Shown here piece by piece: positions 16,308 to 25,716 of a DNA stretch of 64,000 nt. Every line of letters starts with the position of its first letter. The first letter of the stretch is position 1. The notes beneath the pieces were generated by a model, which searched no databases, was not told the origin of the DNA, and saw nothing but the letters and a program-made list of their open reading frames with translations. The translations under genes were made by a program, and so were the position numbers. The stretch spans positions 1-64,000 of the IMG/VR virus record IMGVR_UViG_3300046507_000639. One strand, written 5' to 3'. The stretch is from a virus. Its lineage: Duplodnaviria > Heunggongvirae > Uroviricota > Caudoviricetes.

Positions 16308-17375
16308 TCAGAAGCCGAGCAGGTCGGCGATGACGTCCCAGTGATCCTCAAAGAAATAGTGCTCCATGTTCTGGACCAGGCTGATCGGGTACCAGTGAGC
16401 CTTCGCGGCGTCGTCCGAGCCGACGACCTTCGGCAGCTCACCGACGTTGCTCAGCTCGAAGAGGTGGGCGTGGGTGATGATGTGGGAGCGGTTGGAGCGG
16501 TAGGGGTCGTCGTAGACCTCTCGCTTCGTGATGGACCCGCGCAGCACCTTCTCGGGCACTTTCAGCCGCGTCTCCTCGCGGAGCTCACGGATGACGCCGT
16601 CGGTGACCTTCTCGCGTCGGTTCAAGAAACCTCCGGGTAGCGCCAGGAGACCTCGACCGTACTCGCGCCCGCGCTCGATGAGGAGGACGTGGCCGGCCTG
16701 GACGACGCAGGCGTCGACCGTGACGTGAGGACCCTTGCCGTAGACCGCTTCGTACTTCTGCTCGTAGGCCCAGTCTGCGAAGAGCCGGTCGAACTCGGAA
16801 CGGTCGTGCGTGATCATGTCCTCCATGAGCAGCCGTCCCGCGAGGACCATCTCGTGGTCGTAGCCGACTTCACCGGCGAACACCTTCTTGCGGATGTTCG
16901 TGGAGGAGAGGATCTGCTCGTCCACCTCCTCAGGTCGCACCGCGATCGAGTTGTCCCACTGCGGGAAGCTGTTGAGGTAGTAGCTCGTGCCGTCCTTGTA
17001 CATCCCGGCGAGGGCGACCTTGTGGTTGAAGTCCTTGAACGTGTTGTTCGTGAAGACGGCCACGTTGGAGTGCTGGGCGATGGCCTCGCTCACGGCGTGC
17101 TGCACGCCCGCGATCCAGCGAGTGTCGTTGTACCGGTAGTCGTTGCAGGAAGTGACGATGACCCGGCCGCGGTCCACTTCGGGGAGCGATGCCAGGATGA
17201 TGTCGCGCCTCTCGGCGAAGGTGAAGGGGACCCGTGTGTTCCTGGGGCGGTTGGCCGAGCCGACGACTACTATGACGTAGTCTGAGACGGTCAGGGCTTT
17301 CTCGATGACCCTGAGGTGTCCGAGGTGAAACGGGGAAAAACGGCCGATGAACACGGCGTAGTCATAGCTGATCAC
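16308..17375 (-). CDS. natV: bifunctional NMN adenylyltransferase / Nudix ADP-ribose pyrophosphatase (NadM-Nudix, NatV-like)
   Basis: N-terminal HxGH motif (FSPFHLGH). C-terminal Nudix box GGFLNRREKVTDGVIRELREETRL. GTG start with SD AGAGGAG. Confidence 0.8.
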   Translation of the reverse strand: MISYDYAVFIGRFSPFHLGHLRVIEKALTVSDYVIVVVGSANRPRNTRVPFTFAERRDIILASLPEVDRGRVIVTSCNDYRYNDTRWIAGVQHAVSEAIAQHSNVAVFTNNTFKDFNHKVALAGMYKDGTSYYLNSFPQWDNSIAVRPEEVDEQILSSTNIRKKVFAGEVGYDHEMVLAGRLLMEDMITHDRSEFDRLFADWAYEQKYEAVYGKGPHVTVDACVVQAGHVLLIERGREYGRGLLALPGGFLNRREKVTDGVIRELREETRLKVPEKVLRGSITKREVYDDPYRSNRSHIITHAHLFELSNVGELPKVVGSDDAAKAHWYPISLVQNMEHYFFEDHWDVIADLLGF

Positions 17376-17407
17376 GTAAAACTCCTCTACGTACGATGTT
17401 GCGGGAG

Positions 17408-17428
17408 CTTACCGTGGCTCCCGGCGCG
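17408..17428 (-). promoter_or_regulatory. 5'-UTR hairpin of the natV transcript
   Basis: GGGAGC-N8-GCTCCC sits between the promoter (17467..17495) and the SD. No U-tract follows. Confidence 0.3.
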
Positions 17429-17466
17429 CCTATTGAGTAGCGACCCTATCTCGTATTTATGGTGCG

Positions 17467-17495
17467 ATAGTACCACGAGAATTGAGAAATGTCAA
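17467..17495 (-). promoter_or_regulatory. sigma70-type promoter (TTGACA-N17-TACTAT)
   Basis: tgtcaa on the + strand at 17490-17495. Confidence 0.5.
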
Positions 17496-17644
17496 TAGAA
17501 TTCTTCATAGAGTTTCCGCGCGAGCTTGGTGTCGAGCGGGGCCGCGACGCGGGCCGAGAGGACGGCCAGGATGGCCTCCCTCACTTCCGTGTGCGTGTAA
17601 GAGGCGGTGTCCTTGATGATCGTCTTGGCAGTCCCGTAACGCAT
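17492..17644 (-). CDS. small hypothetical protein (50 aa)
   Basis: MRYGTAKTIIKDTASYTHTEVREAILAVLSARVAAPLDTKLARKLYEEFY. SD GAGAGG upstream. Confidence 0.4.
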   Translation of the reverse strand: MRYGTAKTIIKDTASYTHTEVREAILAVLSARVAAPLDTKLARKLYEEFY

Positions 17645-17685
17645 GCTAGTGCCTCTCGTGTGGTTTGATTGTTGAGAAAAGAGAG

Positions 17686-17910
17686 CTACTCGCTCTCTTC
17701 CTCCTCGTCTTCTTCGTCGTCGGTCTCATCGGGGACGATGAGGTAGCCATCGGCGTCTCGGATGCCGAGCTCGATGTCCCGCTTTTTCTCGGCCTCGATC
17801 TTTTCCTTGACCCATGCCGGCTTTTCCTTCTCCCAGCGCTCGATCTCTGCGATGCGCTCGGCGTCGTACTCGCCCATCAGCTCGTCGAGCGACTTAGGTT
17901 CCTTGCTCAT
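17686..17910 (-). CDS. hypothetical protein with poly-acidic tail (start MSKEPKS)
   Basis: ATGA coupling. C-terminus DETDDEEDEEEESE. Confidence 0.5.
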   Translation of the reverse strand: MSKEPKSLDELMGEYDAERIAEIERWEKEKPAWVKEKIEAEKKRDIELGIRDADGYLIVPDETDDEEDEEEESE

Positions 17911-18146
17911 CGCACGTACCCCTTCTTGATGATGTGGTCCACGACGACCATGTAGTTGGAGTTCTCGAAGTACTTGCCGCCCGCCGGCCAGAAGTAGTAG
18001 ACGGCCTTGCCTTCCCGGCAGAGTTCTCCGATGAGGCATTCCTTCTCGATCTTCCGCTCGAGGCGGTCCAGACGGTCGAGGAACCGGCTCTCGTTAGCCA
18101 TCCGGCGGTTCTGTTTTCCTTCGAGGAGACGGTCGTAGTCGATCAT
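17907..18146 (-). CDS. hypothetical protein (start MIDYDRL)
   Basis: Consensus promoter 18176..18204 and SD GGAAGGAA. Confidence 0.5.
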   Translation of the reverse strand: MIDYDRLLEGKQNRRMANESRFLDRLDRLERKIEKECLIGELCREGKAVYYFWPAGGKYFENSNYMVVVDHIIKKGYVR

Positions 18147-18175
18147 TTGTGGTTTCCTTCCTTTATGATAGTGAC

Positions 18176-18204
18176 AGTATATCACCATCTTAAAGTTTTG
18201 TCAA
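18176..18204 (-). promoter_or_regulatory. sigma70-type promoter (TTGACA-N17-TATACT)
   Basis: Perfect hexamers. Confidence 0.55.
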
Positions 18205-19109
18205 CCAGGAACGTTCTCGTCCTTCAACGTTTTTCGGTACTGGACCCAGCCGCGGAAGTTGCCGTGTAGCTCAGGGTTCTCGTACCGGTCTTCCCACTGG
18301 TCATTCCCGCGGAACCCACGGATGACGTAGTCGGGGGTCGCCTGGTGCTCGGCGGGCGAGGCGTGCAGGGGAGTCGAGCCCACCAGGAGGTCGTACCGCT
18401 CGAGCTCTCGCTCGATGGACGCGTCGCCATCGAAGGGCTTGTAGCTGATGCGTGCGCAGCGGGCCACGGAGAGCTTCTGCTGGACGTCGAGGGGGAGTCC
18501 CGCCTCGTCTGGGCTGATGTACGGGAGGTGCCACTCGCCCGTGTTGAGCTCCTTAGAGCGAGACCACGTCATCTCATCGAAGATCATGGCCGCGAGGTCG
18601 TGGAAGTGCGGCTCGGCGGCCTCGTGGTCCCTCAGGAAGAAGAAGTTGTTCCACTCGGTCGAGCTGATGAGGGTGTCGATGTAGGAGAACGGCTCGAGCA
18701 GCCGGTTGGCGACCTGCTTGTGGTAGCCCGCCTCCGTGAACGCCTGCGCTGAGCGGAGAGCCTCGTCTCGAGCGTTCAGCCAGGCCTCCTCGCGGGAGAC
18801 GGTCGAGCGGATGAGCGGCGAGTTGATGAACGCGTCGACCTTCGCGTCGCATTCTTCCGAGGCCTGCATGCCGCGCTGGTTCTTGCCCCAGTGCCACGGG
18901 ACGAACGGCGCCGTCTGGACTTCTCGGAGCATCGTCTCCACCGGGACTGCGCGAGACGATCGCGCGTTACGGCTGAACACCCGGTGCGTCATGAGCTCGG
19001 CGTGGATGATCCTCGGGTAGTGGGCGTGGATGGTAACGAGCCGCAGGCCCTCAGGTGACACCGAGTCGGCCACCACTCTCACGAACATGTCGTTCATATC
19101 AGACTCCAA
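18201..19109 (-). CDS. thyX: flavin-dependent thymidylate synthase ThyX-like
   Basis: LMTHRVFSRNARSSRAV fits the ThyX motif (RHRxxSxxxxSxR), with T replacing the first R. 302 aa, longer than typical ThyX. Confidence 0.65.
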   Translation of the reverse strand: MESDMNDMFVRVVADSVSPEGLRLVTIHAHYPRIIHAELMTHRVFSRNARSSRAVPVETMLREVQTAPFVPWHWGKNQRGMQASEECDAKVDAFINSPLIRSTVSREEAWLNARDEALRSAQAFTEAGYHKQVANRLLEPFSYIDTLISSTEWNNFFFLRDHEAAEPHFHDLAAMIFDEMTWSRSKELNTGEWHLPYISPDEAGLPLDVQQKLSVARCARISYKPFDGDASIERELERYDLLVGSTPLHASPAEHQATPDYVIRGFRGNDQWEDRYENPELHGNFRGWVQYRKTLKDENVPG

Positions 19110-19854
19110 ATTTTAGACGGAACTGTCGACGCGCGGCGATGACGTCGTTGTAGTAGTCGCCGCTCTTTTCCACGAACACCTGGGGCTCGTCGTGGTCCAC
19201 GGTGATGACCGTGACTATCTGGTGGACCGCGATGCCCTTCATCTCGTAGAGCATCATGGCGTACGCCGTCTCCTGGACGAAGTACTTCTTGATCCAGTCC
19301 CTCTCCTTCGGCCGCGACGACGTCTTGAAGTCGACGATCGAGAGGACGCCGTCGAACTCTGCTATGAGGTCGACTCGGCCGGCCATCTTCTGCCTCTTCG
19401 TGAAGAGAGGAGTCTCCTGCGCGTAGATCAGTCCCACGCGGGCGTCGAGGATCGGCTTCAGCTTGAGGAAGGAGTCGCGCTCGATGAACTGGTAGGGCGA
19501 GAGGTCGGTCAGGGAGTTCTTCAGGTAGAGCTCGCACATCTCGTGCACGGCTGTCCCCTTGATGGTCGCCCTCTTGGAGACCCGGGCGGCCTCCTCCTCT
19601 CCGACCCGCTTCTTCCACTCATCGAGCGCGGCGTTGTCGAGTGAGCCGAGGACGGTGGTCACCGAAGGGTAGACCGCGTCCCCGATCACGTACCCGCGAC
19701 CGTAAGGCATGTCGCGGGTGTTCACTTCTTCGAAGAGTACGTCAGTCCTCTCGAACTCTCGCGGGTTCTCTAATGAAACCTGGGAGGGCTGGCTCTTCGC
19801 TTTCAGCTGGGCGAATGTCGTACTCGGCGATGATGTATTCACGTATGAAGTCAC
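19099..19854 (-). CDS. PD-(D/E)xK nuclease superfamily protein
   Basis: DLIAEFDG..LSIVDFKTS fits the D..E.K motif arrangement. Confidence 0.5.
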   Translation of the reverse strand: MTSYVNTSSPSTTFAQLKAKSQPSQVSLENPREFERTDVLFEEVNTRDMPYGRGYVIGDAVYPSVTTVLGSLDNAALDEWKKRVGEEEAARVSKRATIKGTAVHEMCELYLKNSLTDLSPYQFIERDSFLKLKPILDARVGLIYAQETPLFTKRQKMAGRVDLIAEFDGVLSIVDFKTSSRPKERDWIKKYFVQETAYAMMLYEMKGIAVHQIVTVITVDHDEPQVFVEKSGDYYNDVIAARRQFRLKFGV

Positions 19855-20521
19855 TCCTCACGATGTCGTCGACGCCGAACTCAGTGAACGACACGGACGG
19901 CATCTTCTTCATGACACCCATGAGCTTGTCGATGCCCGACTCCTCGTTGAACCGCTTCGACGTCAGGTCGTCCTGTGCCCTGTCTGCACAGATGACCACC
20001 CTCGAGTTCCGCCCGGTGCGGGTGATCACCGACCTGATCTCCTGGTAAGACATGTTCTGTGCCTCATCGATGACGATGACGGCGTCTTCAATGTCCAGGC
20101 CGCGTATGAACGAGGTCGGCATGAACTCGATCAGCTTCTTCTGCTTGAGCACCTCGTACGCGTCTCCGCGCTCAAAGAGCTTGGTCGCGATAGCGGCGTA
20201 AGGCGCCTCGTAGTTTCTCATCTTCTCGCCGGCGGAACCGGGGAGGAAGCCTATGTCGCGGGTGGGCACCGCCGACCTAACGATCACTACCCTTTTCTGG
20301 GTCTTGTCGATCAGGACAGATTTAAGGGCGAGGTAGAGCGCGACGAACGTCTTGCCTGTACCGGGAAGCCCGTGTAGGAACGGTGTCTTAGCACGCCCGT
20401 AGTCCCGGAATGCCCTCTCTTGGTTAGTCGTCTTCGGAGAGATACTCTTGAGCGGCATGCTCATGTTCTCTCCGACGTTCCCCTGTTCTTGTTTCTTTTT
20501 TCGGGAAGGCTTCGACTGCAA
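19742..20521 (-). CDS. phoH: PhoH-like ATPase
   Basis: Walker A GLPGTGKTF. DE box VIVIDEAQN. Typical length. Confidence 0.8.
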   Translation of the reverse strand: MQSKPSRKKKQEQGNVGENMSMPLKSISPKTTNQERAFRDYGRAKTPFLHGLPGTGKTFVALYLALKSVLIDKTQKRVVIVRSAVPTRDIGFLPGSAGEKMRNYEAPYAAIATKLFERGDAYEVLKQKKLIEFMPTSFIRGLDIEDAVIVIDEAQNMSYQEIRSVITRTGRNSRVVICADRAQDDLTSKRFNEESGIDKLMGVMKKMPSVSFTEFGVDDIVRSDFIREYIIAEYDIRPAESEEPALPGFIREPARVRED

Positions 20522-20563
20522 GGTGTCTCCTGTCTTGTTTTGTCATGACGAAGAGACGAGGCT

Positions 20564-20800
20564 TCAATGGGTGTCGATGGTGTTGCCTCGATGTTTGCTC
20601 TTTACGGTCTTCAGCAGGTCTCGGAACTCCGAGTCCGGCTTGGTCCTCACGCCGACGCGAGTCGGGTCAGCGAGAGGGGTCGGGCTGAGTAGCTGGGTCA
20701 TGTTCGGGTTGTCGCGCTTGTAGGCATCGAGCTCGGCGATCTTCATCGTGAGCGTGACCTCGACGCCGTCGTCCCTGTTCATGAAGGTGTAGGTCGGCAT
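20564..20800 (-). CDS. hypothetical protein
   Basis: 78 aa ORF. Confidence 0.5.
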   Translation of the reverse strand: MPTYTFMNRDDGVEVTLTMKIAELDAYKRDNPNMTQLLSPTPLADPTRVGVRTKPDSEFRDLLKTVKSKHRGNTIDTH

Positions 20801-21216
20801 CAGAGGAACAGCTCCGGGAGGGCTTCCTTGACCAGCTTCTTGTCGATGGTCTTGAACGGCAGCTTGCCGGCGATCATGCCCGTCAGCAGCTTCGCGTCGT
20901 CCTTGTCGACGTACTCGAGGATCTGGATGAAGGCCGCCTCGCGCTTGTGCTGCGGCCAGCCCGGGAGGGCGCCGGCGACGAACGTGCGCTCGATCTTCCT
21001 GATCTCCTGGTAGATGTTGTTGTGCTCGTCGAACTCAGACGGCTTGTACGGAGGCGGCGTGTCAGGCAGGTCGAACTTGTACTCGCCGTAGGTCAGCTTG
21101 AGGAGGGTGTCGAACGTTACGGTCCGGTTCGCGCGGAGGTAGTCGATCTTCTCCTTGCGGGTCTTCAGGTCGTCGACGGTCTTGAAGTAGGAGTATGCGT
21201 GTAGAGTAGCCATCAA
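20800..21216 (-). CDS. hypothetical protein
   Basis: 138 aa ORF. Confidence 0.55.
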   Translation of the reverse strand: MMATLHAYSYFKTVDDLKTRKEKIDYLRANRTVTFDTLLKLTYGEYKFDLPDTPPPYKPSEFDEHNNIYQEIRKIERTFVAGALPGWPQHKREAAFIQILEYVDKDDAKLLTGMIAGKLPFKTIDKKLVKEALPELFL

Positions 21217-22085
21217 AAATCGCTCAATTGTTCGACCAGGCTCGAGAGCCGGTACTTGGTGAAGTAGGTAAGGAGTTTAAGTCGGGTCTTGCCGGCCTGG
21301 GCCTCGTAGGCCTCCATGATGCCGGCCTTTATCGTCTCGGGCGTGCGCGAGAGGTCGATCAGCAGCTCGTTGCGGAAGTAGCCGACCTCGGTGCAGGTGC
21401 CGGCTTTAACGGCGTCCTTGAGTCCTGCCATGCGCTTAGCGGTGAGGGTCATGTTGCGCCCGCCGGGCTTGATGAACGTCTCGTCGGCCGACATCGCGTT
21501 GGGGATGCCGTCGCCCTTGTCGCCCTTGATCACGTGCTCCAGGAGGTACTCCTCGGGGTCGTTGTTCGTGATGAAGCCGACCTTCATTCCGACCGGGCTG
21601 TACTGGCGGACGTTGCTGTACTTCTGGAGCTGGATGAAGTCCTTGTCTCCCGACAGGATGAGGACCTTCTCGCGGCCGTTGCCGAGGGGAACGCCGTACG
21701 CGTGGGCGAGGGTGCCTATGACGTCGTCGGCCTCGGCGCGGTCCACCTCGATGACGCGGTAGGGGAAGTACTCCTTCAGCTCGGCCTTCAGGTCGCGCAT
21801 GCACTCGAAGATGAAGGGCCAGTCGAGGTCGGACTCGTCGCGGCCCTTCTTTCGGTTGGCCTTGTAGTAGGGGAAGTAGTCCTTGCGCCAGCTGGCGTAG
21901 GTGTCACACGCGATCACCACGTCTCGACCGTAGTCGGAGCGGAACTTTGACACGTTCTTCCGGATCGTGTTCAGTATCATCTTCCTGAAGAGGTCCTTCG
22001 AGAGCTGTCCCTCGTCGTCCTTCAGGTTGGCGTACTGCACCATTATGTTGGCCAGGCAGACCTGGGAGAAGTCAAAAATAATCAC
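21213..22085 (-). CDS. rnh: T4-type RNase H / 5'-3' flap endonuclease
   Basis: FEN-family acidic clusters (AEADDVIGT, GDKDFIQL). Confidence 0.75.
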   Translation of the reverse strand: MIIFDFSQVCLANIMVQYANLKDDEGQLSKDLFRKMILNTIRKNVSKFRSDYGRDVVIACDTYASWRKDYFPYYKANRKKGRDESDLDWPFIFECMRDLKAELKEYFPYRVIEVDRAEADDVIGTLAHAYGVPLGNGREKVLILSGDKDFIQLQKYSNVRQYSPVGMKVGFITNNDPEEYLLEHVIKGDKGDGIPNAMSADETFIKPGGRNMTLTAKRMAGLKDAVKAGTCTEVGYFRNELLIDLSRTPETIKAGIMEAYEAQAGKTRLKLLTYFTKYRLSSLVEQLSDF

Positions 22086-22103
22086 GCGTCCCTCACGGGT
22101 TGT

Positions 22104-22520
22104 TCATATCTGGATGGGGTCCGGCATCTCGACGGCGTACTCTTCGAGCATGGCGTCTTCGGGAGTGGGACGGTCGTCCTCTATCTCGATCACCTTGTCG
22201 AACACGTCTTGAAGCGGGTGCGGCAGGTTCGCGTAGCGCAGGAGGGTAGAGAGGATGGTGTCTGACAGGGCGACCATATCCTTGATGTTCATCTTGTCGT
22301 GACGCGTGAGGAAGCCGTAGTTCCTCGCGATCGTCAGAACAGCCTCGAACGCCTCTTCGGCTGCTTCTTCTGCGTACTCAGTCCGGATGGAACTGACTCG
22401 CTCAACGAACTCAGATTGGTCTAGTGGGAGATCAGAGACACCGGGGAACTTAATGACGTTCGACATTGGGTATCCTAGTTCGGTCGGCTTGATCGCCGAC
22501 TCGCTATTATTTATAGGCAC
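22104..22520 (-). CDS. hypothetical protein
   Basis: 138 aa ORF. Confidence 0.55.
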   Translation of the reverse strand: MPINNSESAIKPTELGYPMSNVIKFPGVSDLPLDQSEFVERVSSIRTEYAEEAAEEAFEAVLTIARNYGFLTRHDKMNIKDMVALSDTILSTLLRYANLPHPLQDVFDKVIEIEDDRPTPEDAMLEEYAVEMPDPIQI

Positions 22521-22529
22521 CGATGTCTC

Positions 22530-23642
22530 TCAGTTCAGTGACTTCAGGATCAGCATGTTGTGGTTGAGCCGACCGTTCGGCTCTCGCGCCGGAGCGGGTA
22601 TGGAGTCCATGACCTTCTTGAGGGCGAGCTTGCCCTCCTTGAGCACGCGGTCCACGACGTCCTTAGACTTCCGCCCGGTCGACTTCTTGACCGACGCGGC
22701 CTCGTCGTAGTTGTAGATGGAGGTCCCCCTCACCTCGAAGCCGCCGTCCTTGGCGACGTACCTCGTGAGGTCCCTGTACCGGGCGTCGTAGACCCAGAAC
22801 TCCTTCGCGTCGAGTATGCACGAGGGGTGCTTGGAGACGAGCTGAAACTCGTCGAAGCGCGGCATGTACTGGACGTTCCCGACCTTCTTCTCGGCGGGCA
22901 CCATCTTTTTCTTTCGCGGCTTCTTCTCGGCGGTCTTGTTGTCGGCGTACCGGTCGCAGTCAGAGACGATCTTCTCATACTCCGCCAGGAGGTCGCGCAG
23001 GTCCCTCTTCGAGAGGTGGCGGTACCCTTCCTTCAGGTCTCGGTCCTTGCCGACGACGGCCTCCCTGAGCTCGGCGATCACGGGCGCGTAGTAGGCCGCG
23101 ATCTTGGCGGCGTAGCCCTTAGGGACCGAGTTAGCGGTGAGGTAGTCGTAGACCGACTTGTCGCCGCGTTTGTCGAGCAGCTCCTCGACGTCCCCGATGT
23201 AGAACCGCTCCTTCTCGGCGGCGCGGTCTACCTTGGGTTCATCGTCAGTTTTTTTTTCCACGGTCTCTTTGCCGTAGTACTTGGCGACCAGCTCAGAGAG
23301 GTGTGCGTCGATCTTGTCGACCGTGCCGGGAGGCAGAGTGGCCCCTCGGTCTATCAGACGAGCCAGCCAACACACCGAGGTCGAGACGAGTTTCTCGTTG
23401 ATGGTCTTGACTTTCTTGAGCAGCGGACGGTCGCGCTTCTCGAGGTAGTCAAAGAGGAACTCCATCGCCTCGGAGCGGTACATAACGTAGTTGTAGTAGT
23501 TGAGGATCTTCAAGAGCTCCATCTTCGTGAGCTCGGTGACCGGGAAAGCCGGCTCATCGCCGAAGTGCTTCTTGTCGAAGATCTTCGACTGAGCGGCGGT
23601 CATCCCGGTCTTCTTGGGCTTTTTTGATTTAGGCAGCGCCAT
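22530..23642 (-). CDS. hypothetical protein (370 aa), positioned where T4 carries gene 59/32
   Basis: Long ORF. The + strand mirror ORF is rejected. No motif recognised. Confidence 0.6.
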   Translation of the reverse strand: MALPKSKKPKKTGMTAAQSKIFDKKHFGDEPAFPVTELTKMELLKILNYYNYVMYRSEAMEFLFDYLEKRDRPLLKKVKTINEKLVSTSVCWLARLIDRGATLPPGTVDKIDAHLSELVAKYYGKETVEKKTDDEPKVDRAAEKERFYIGDVEELLDKRGDKSVYDYLTANSVPKGYAAKIAAYYAPVIAELREAVVGKDRDLKEGYRHLSKRDLRDLLAEYEKIVSDCDRYADNKTAEKKPRKKKMVPAEKKVGNVQYMPRFDEFQLVSKHPSCILDAKEFWVYDARYRDLTRYVAKDGGFEVRGTSIYNYDEAASVKKSTGRKSKDVVDRVLKEGKLALKKVMDSIPAPAREPNGRLNHNMLILKSLN

Positions 23643-23665
23643 GGTGGTTCTCCAATTCTGGTACC

Positions 23666-23694
23666 ACTATATCATTAAGTTTTAGAATTGTCAA
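23666..23694 (-). promoter_or_regulatory. sigma70-type promoter (TTGACA-N17-TATAGT)
   Basis: SD GGAGAA follows. Confidence 0.5.
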
Positions 23695-23702
23695 CCCATT
23701 CT

Positions 23703-24650
23703 TTAAAGGGAAGTGAGGAGGTCGATCCACCGCAGTTTGAGGAGGTCCCAGTTGTAGAACGTGTCAAAATACAGCTTCTGGGCGTTCAGGTAGGGCTGCA
23801 GGCTCGATCGGTCCTGGAACTTTAAGATGGTCCTGTGCATCCGCTGGTAGAAGACGTTGGCGTGCTCCTGAAGGTCCTCGGTCCACTGGTAGTCATCGGC
23901 CCACCGTGCGCACGTGTCGGTCAGACCCGCGTAGTTCGGCGCCACCACGATGTTGCGGGCGCTGAACGCCTCGATGGCCGCCAGGCAGGACGTCTCAGGC
24001 CAGATAGACGGGTAGGCGAATATGTCGGTCTTGGCGAGGGCGGCTCGGACCTCGTCGTTCGGACGAGTGCCGTAGTAGTTGATCTTCGGGTGGTTCTTAC
24101 AGACGTGGAACAGCGGCTCGTACGGCTTGTCGCGCTCACCCCACCCGTAGATGTCGAACGACGAGTAGACGTGAAGGCGGATGTTGTCGTGGACCCTGGC
24201 GAGCGCCTCGAAGACCGGGACGAGGATCACGAGGCCTCGGTGCGGCGTCGTGTGGTAGACGATGTTGATCTCGTCCTTCGATTTCTCGTGGCAGTCCGCG
24301 ATCGGGTAGATGCCGTTCTGGATGACGCAGGCCTCGGAGTAGGGGAGACCCTTGTGCGTGTTGTACGCCTGCAGCTGCCAGTCTGACACGCAGACGATCT
24401 TGTCGAACTGGGCGCGGAACGACGGGTCGGACAGCCTGTCGGACTCGGGGTCGTTCGGCAGGTCGTGGAGGACGAGGACTTTCTTGAGGGACGGGTCGAG
24501 GTCGCGTACGCGGGAGTGCACGATCTGGAAGCCCTTGAGCAGGTCCTGGGGGATCGACTCGACCATCCGCGTCGCCATCAGCTCGGTCCCGCCCATGGCC
24601 TTGTTCGTCAGCTCGTTGAACTTGAGCTCGCCTCGTATGATCTGCGTCAA
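23703..24650 (-). CDS. glycosyltransferase (GT-B fold, GT4-like)
   Basis: C-terminal ETSCLAAIEAFSARNIVVAPNYAGLTD resembles the GT4 E..G..EA...G.PvV signature. Confidence 0.55.
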   Translation of the reverse strand: MTQIIRGELKFNELTNKAMGGTELMATRMVESIPQDLLKGFQIVHSRVRDLDPSLKKVLVLHDLPNDPESDRLSDPSFRAQFDKIVCVSDWQLQAYNTHKGLPYSEACVIQNGIYPIADCHEKSKDEINIVYHTTPHRGLVILVPVFEALARVHDNIRLHVYSSFDIYGWGERDKPYEPLFHVCKNHPKINYYGTRPNDEVRAALAKTDIFAYPSIWPETSCLAAIEAFSARNIVVAPNYAGLTDTCARWADDYQWTEDLQEHANVFYQRMHRTILKFQDRSSLQPYLNAQKLYFDTFYNWDLLKLRWIDLLTSL

Positions 24651-24865
24651 ATCAGTTCTCGTTCTATTTCTTGGAGTGTGATCTCGACGCCGTCGCGGAG
24701 TATGAATGGGACGGCAGAGAAAGATGGGTAGAGCTCGTACAGCTCTTCGAAGGTGTAGTCCTCACCGAGCTCGTAGAACCGGTGGTCGATCTTCGAGGAC
24801 TTCAGCAGGGTCTTCAAGACAGCGCAGGTGAAGCACCCCGCGCTGTCCCCGTAAACTACGATCAT
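24647..24865 (-). CDS. glutaredoxin/NrdH-like redoxin
   Basis: MIVVYGDSAGCFTCAVL has a CxxC thioredoxin-fold start. ATGA coupling. Confidence 0.5.
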   Translation of the reverse strand: MIVVYGDSAGCFTCAVLKTLLKSSKIDHRFYELGEDYTFEELYELYPSFSAVPFILRDGVEITLQEIERELI

Positions 24866-25191
24866 CCGCCGACGATGTTCTCGGCCAGGACGTCTTCCCA
24901 GTAGTGAGGACGTGCGATGATGAACGTCTTGCCCGACCACTGGTAGTCGAACACGTTGTCGTTGACGAAAGAGCGCCAGTCATTTGCCTGGAGGTCGAAG
25001 TAGTTGGTGTACTTGGCGCCCGCCGGCGCGGGATGCTTCGGGTCCTTCGAGGCCGGCCACATCGACGGGTCGAGCGTGCCGTGGGCTACTCGCTCCGTGC
25101 CGTCGAGCTTGGTGTACTTGAAGTGGACGATGCCGCGGCGCAGCATGTCCTTGAACTCGTTGAAGCGATGCGCGTCAAGAGAAGTCGTCAC
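24862..25191 (-). CDS. hypothetical protein
   Basis: 109 aa ORF. Confidence 0.55.
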   Translation of the reverse strand: MTTSLDAHRFNEFKDMLRRGIVHFKYTKLDGTERVAHGTLDPSMWPASKDPKHPAPAGAKYTNYFDLQANDWRSFVNDNVFDYQWSGKTFIIARPHYWEDVLAENIVGG

Positions 25192-25426
25192 CGTAGCCTC
25201 CGTCTAGTTGTTCGACGAGAGACGTGTAGCCGTCGTCGAGGAGCTTGCCGTTCATGATGATCTGCGGGACGGTCTTGCGTCCCGGGAAGAGTTCTCGGAA
25301 CTCGTCGAGGCTCAGGTCCTCCGGTATCGAGTAGAACTCGTACTGGAGACCCTTCATCTCGAGGAGCGCCTTGGCCTTGGCGCAGTAGGCGCAGTGCGGG
25401 GTGGTGCGGCCGTAGACTTTGATCAT
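25175..25426 (-). CDS. grx: glutaredoxin
   Basis: MIKVYGRTTPHCAYCAKAKALLEMKG...TVPQIIMNGKLLDDGYTSL. The N-terminal extension of the ORF is rejected. Confidence 0.7.
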   Translation of the reverse strand: MIKVYGRTTPHCAYCAKAKALLEMKGLQYEFYSIPEDLSLDEFRELFPGRKTVPQIIMNGKLLDDGYTSLVEQLDGGYGDDFS

Positions 25427-25683
25427 CGAATCTCGAACGCCTTGACTTTGCGCGGGTCGCCCCAGACGGACGTAGCCTTCACGCGGATGAACTTGCGGTT
25501 GGTCTCCAGCGGGTTCGGGTTCGGGACGGTGAGGGTCGGGTTGCGGCCCTCCTTCCACGCCTGGCGCTTGTCGAGCGCGCGGTCGAGCGGGGTGGTGAGC
25601 GAGCGTCCGCCTGCGGCGCGGGCGTTGCTCACGCTCTTGCCGGTGCCCTTGGACGTGTACTTGGCACGCTTTTTCTTCGCCAT
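25423..25683 (-). CDS. hypothetical basic protein
   Basis: 86 aa, K/R-rich, high GC3. Promoter 25717..25743 upstream. Confidence 0.5.
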   Translation of the reverse strand: MAKKKRAKYTSKGTGKSVSNARAAGGRSLTTPLDRALDKRQAWKEGRNPTLTVPNPNPLETNRKFIRVKATSVWGDPRKVKAFEIR

Positions 25684-25716
25684 GAAGCATTCTCCGATGT
25701 GATTGGGAAATTACAG

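Noticed and set aside
25175-25690. Full 171-aa ORF as one protein
   Set aside because: The N-terminal 88 residues are Arg/Pro/His-rich and overlap the real basic-protein gene 25423..25683 in another frame. Only the C-terminal glutaredoxin (MIKVYG...) is retained.
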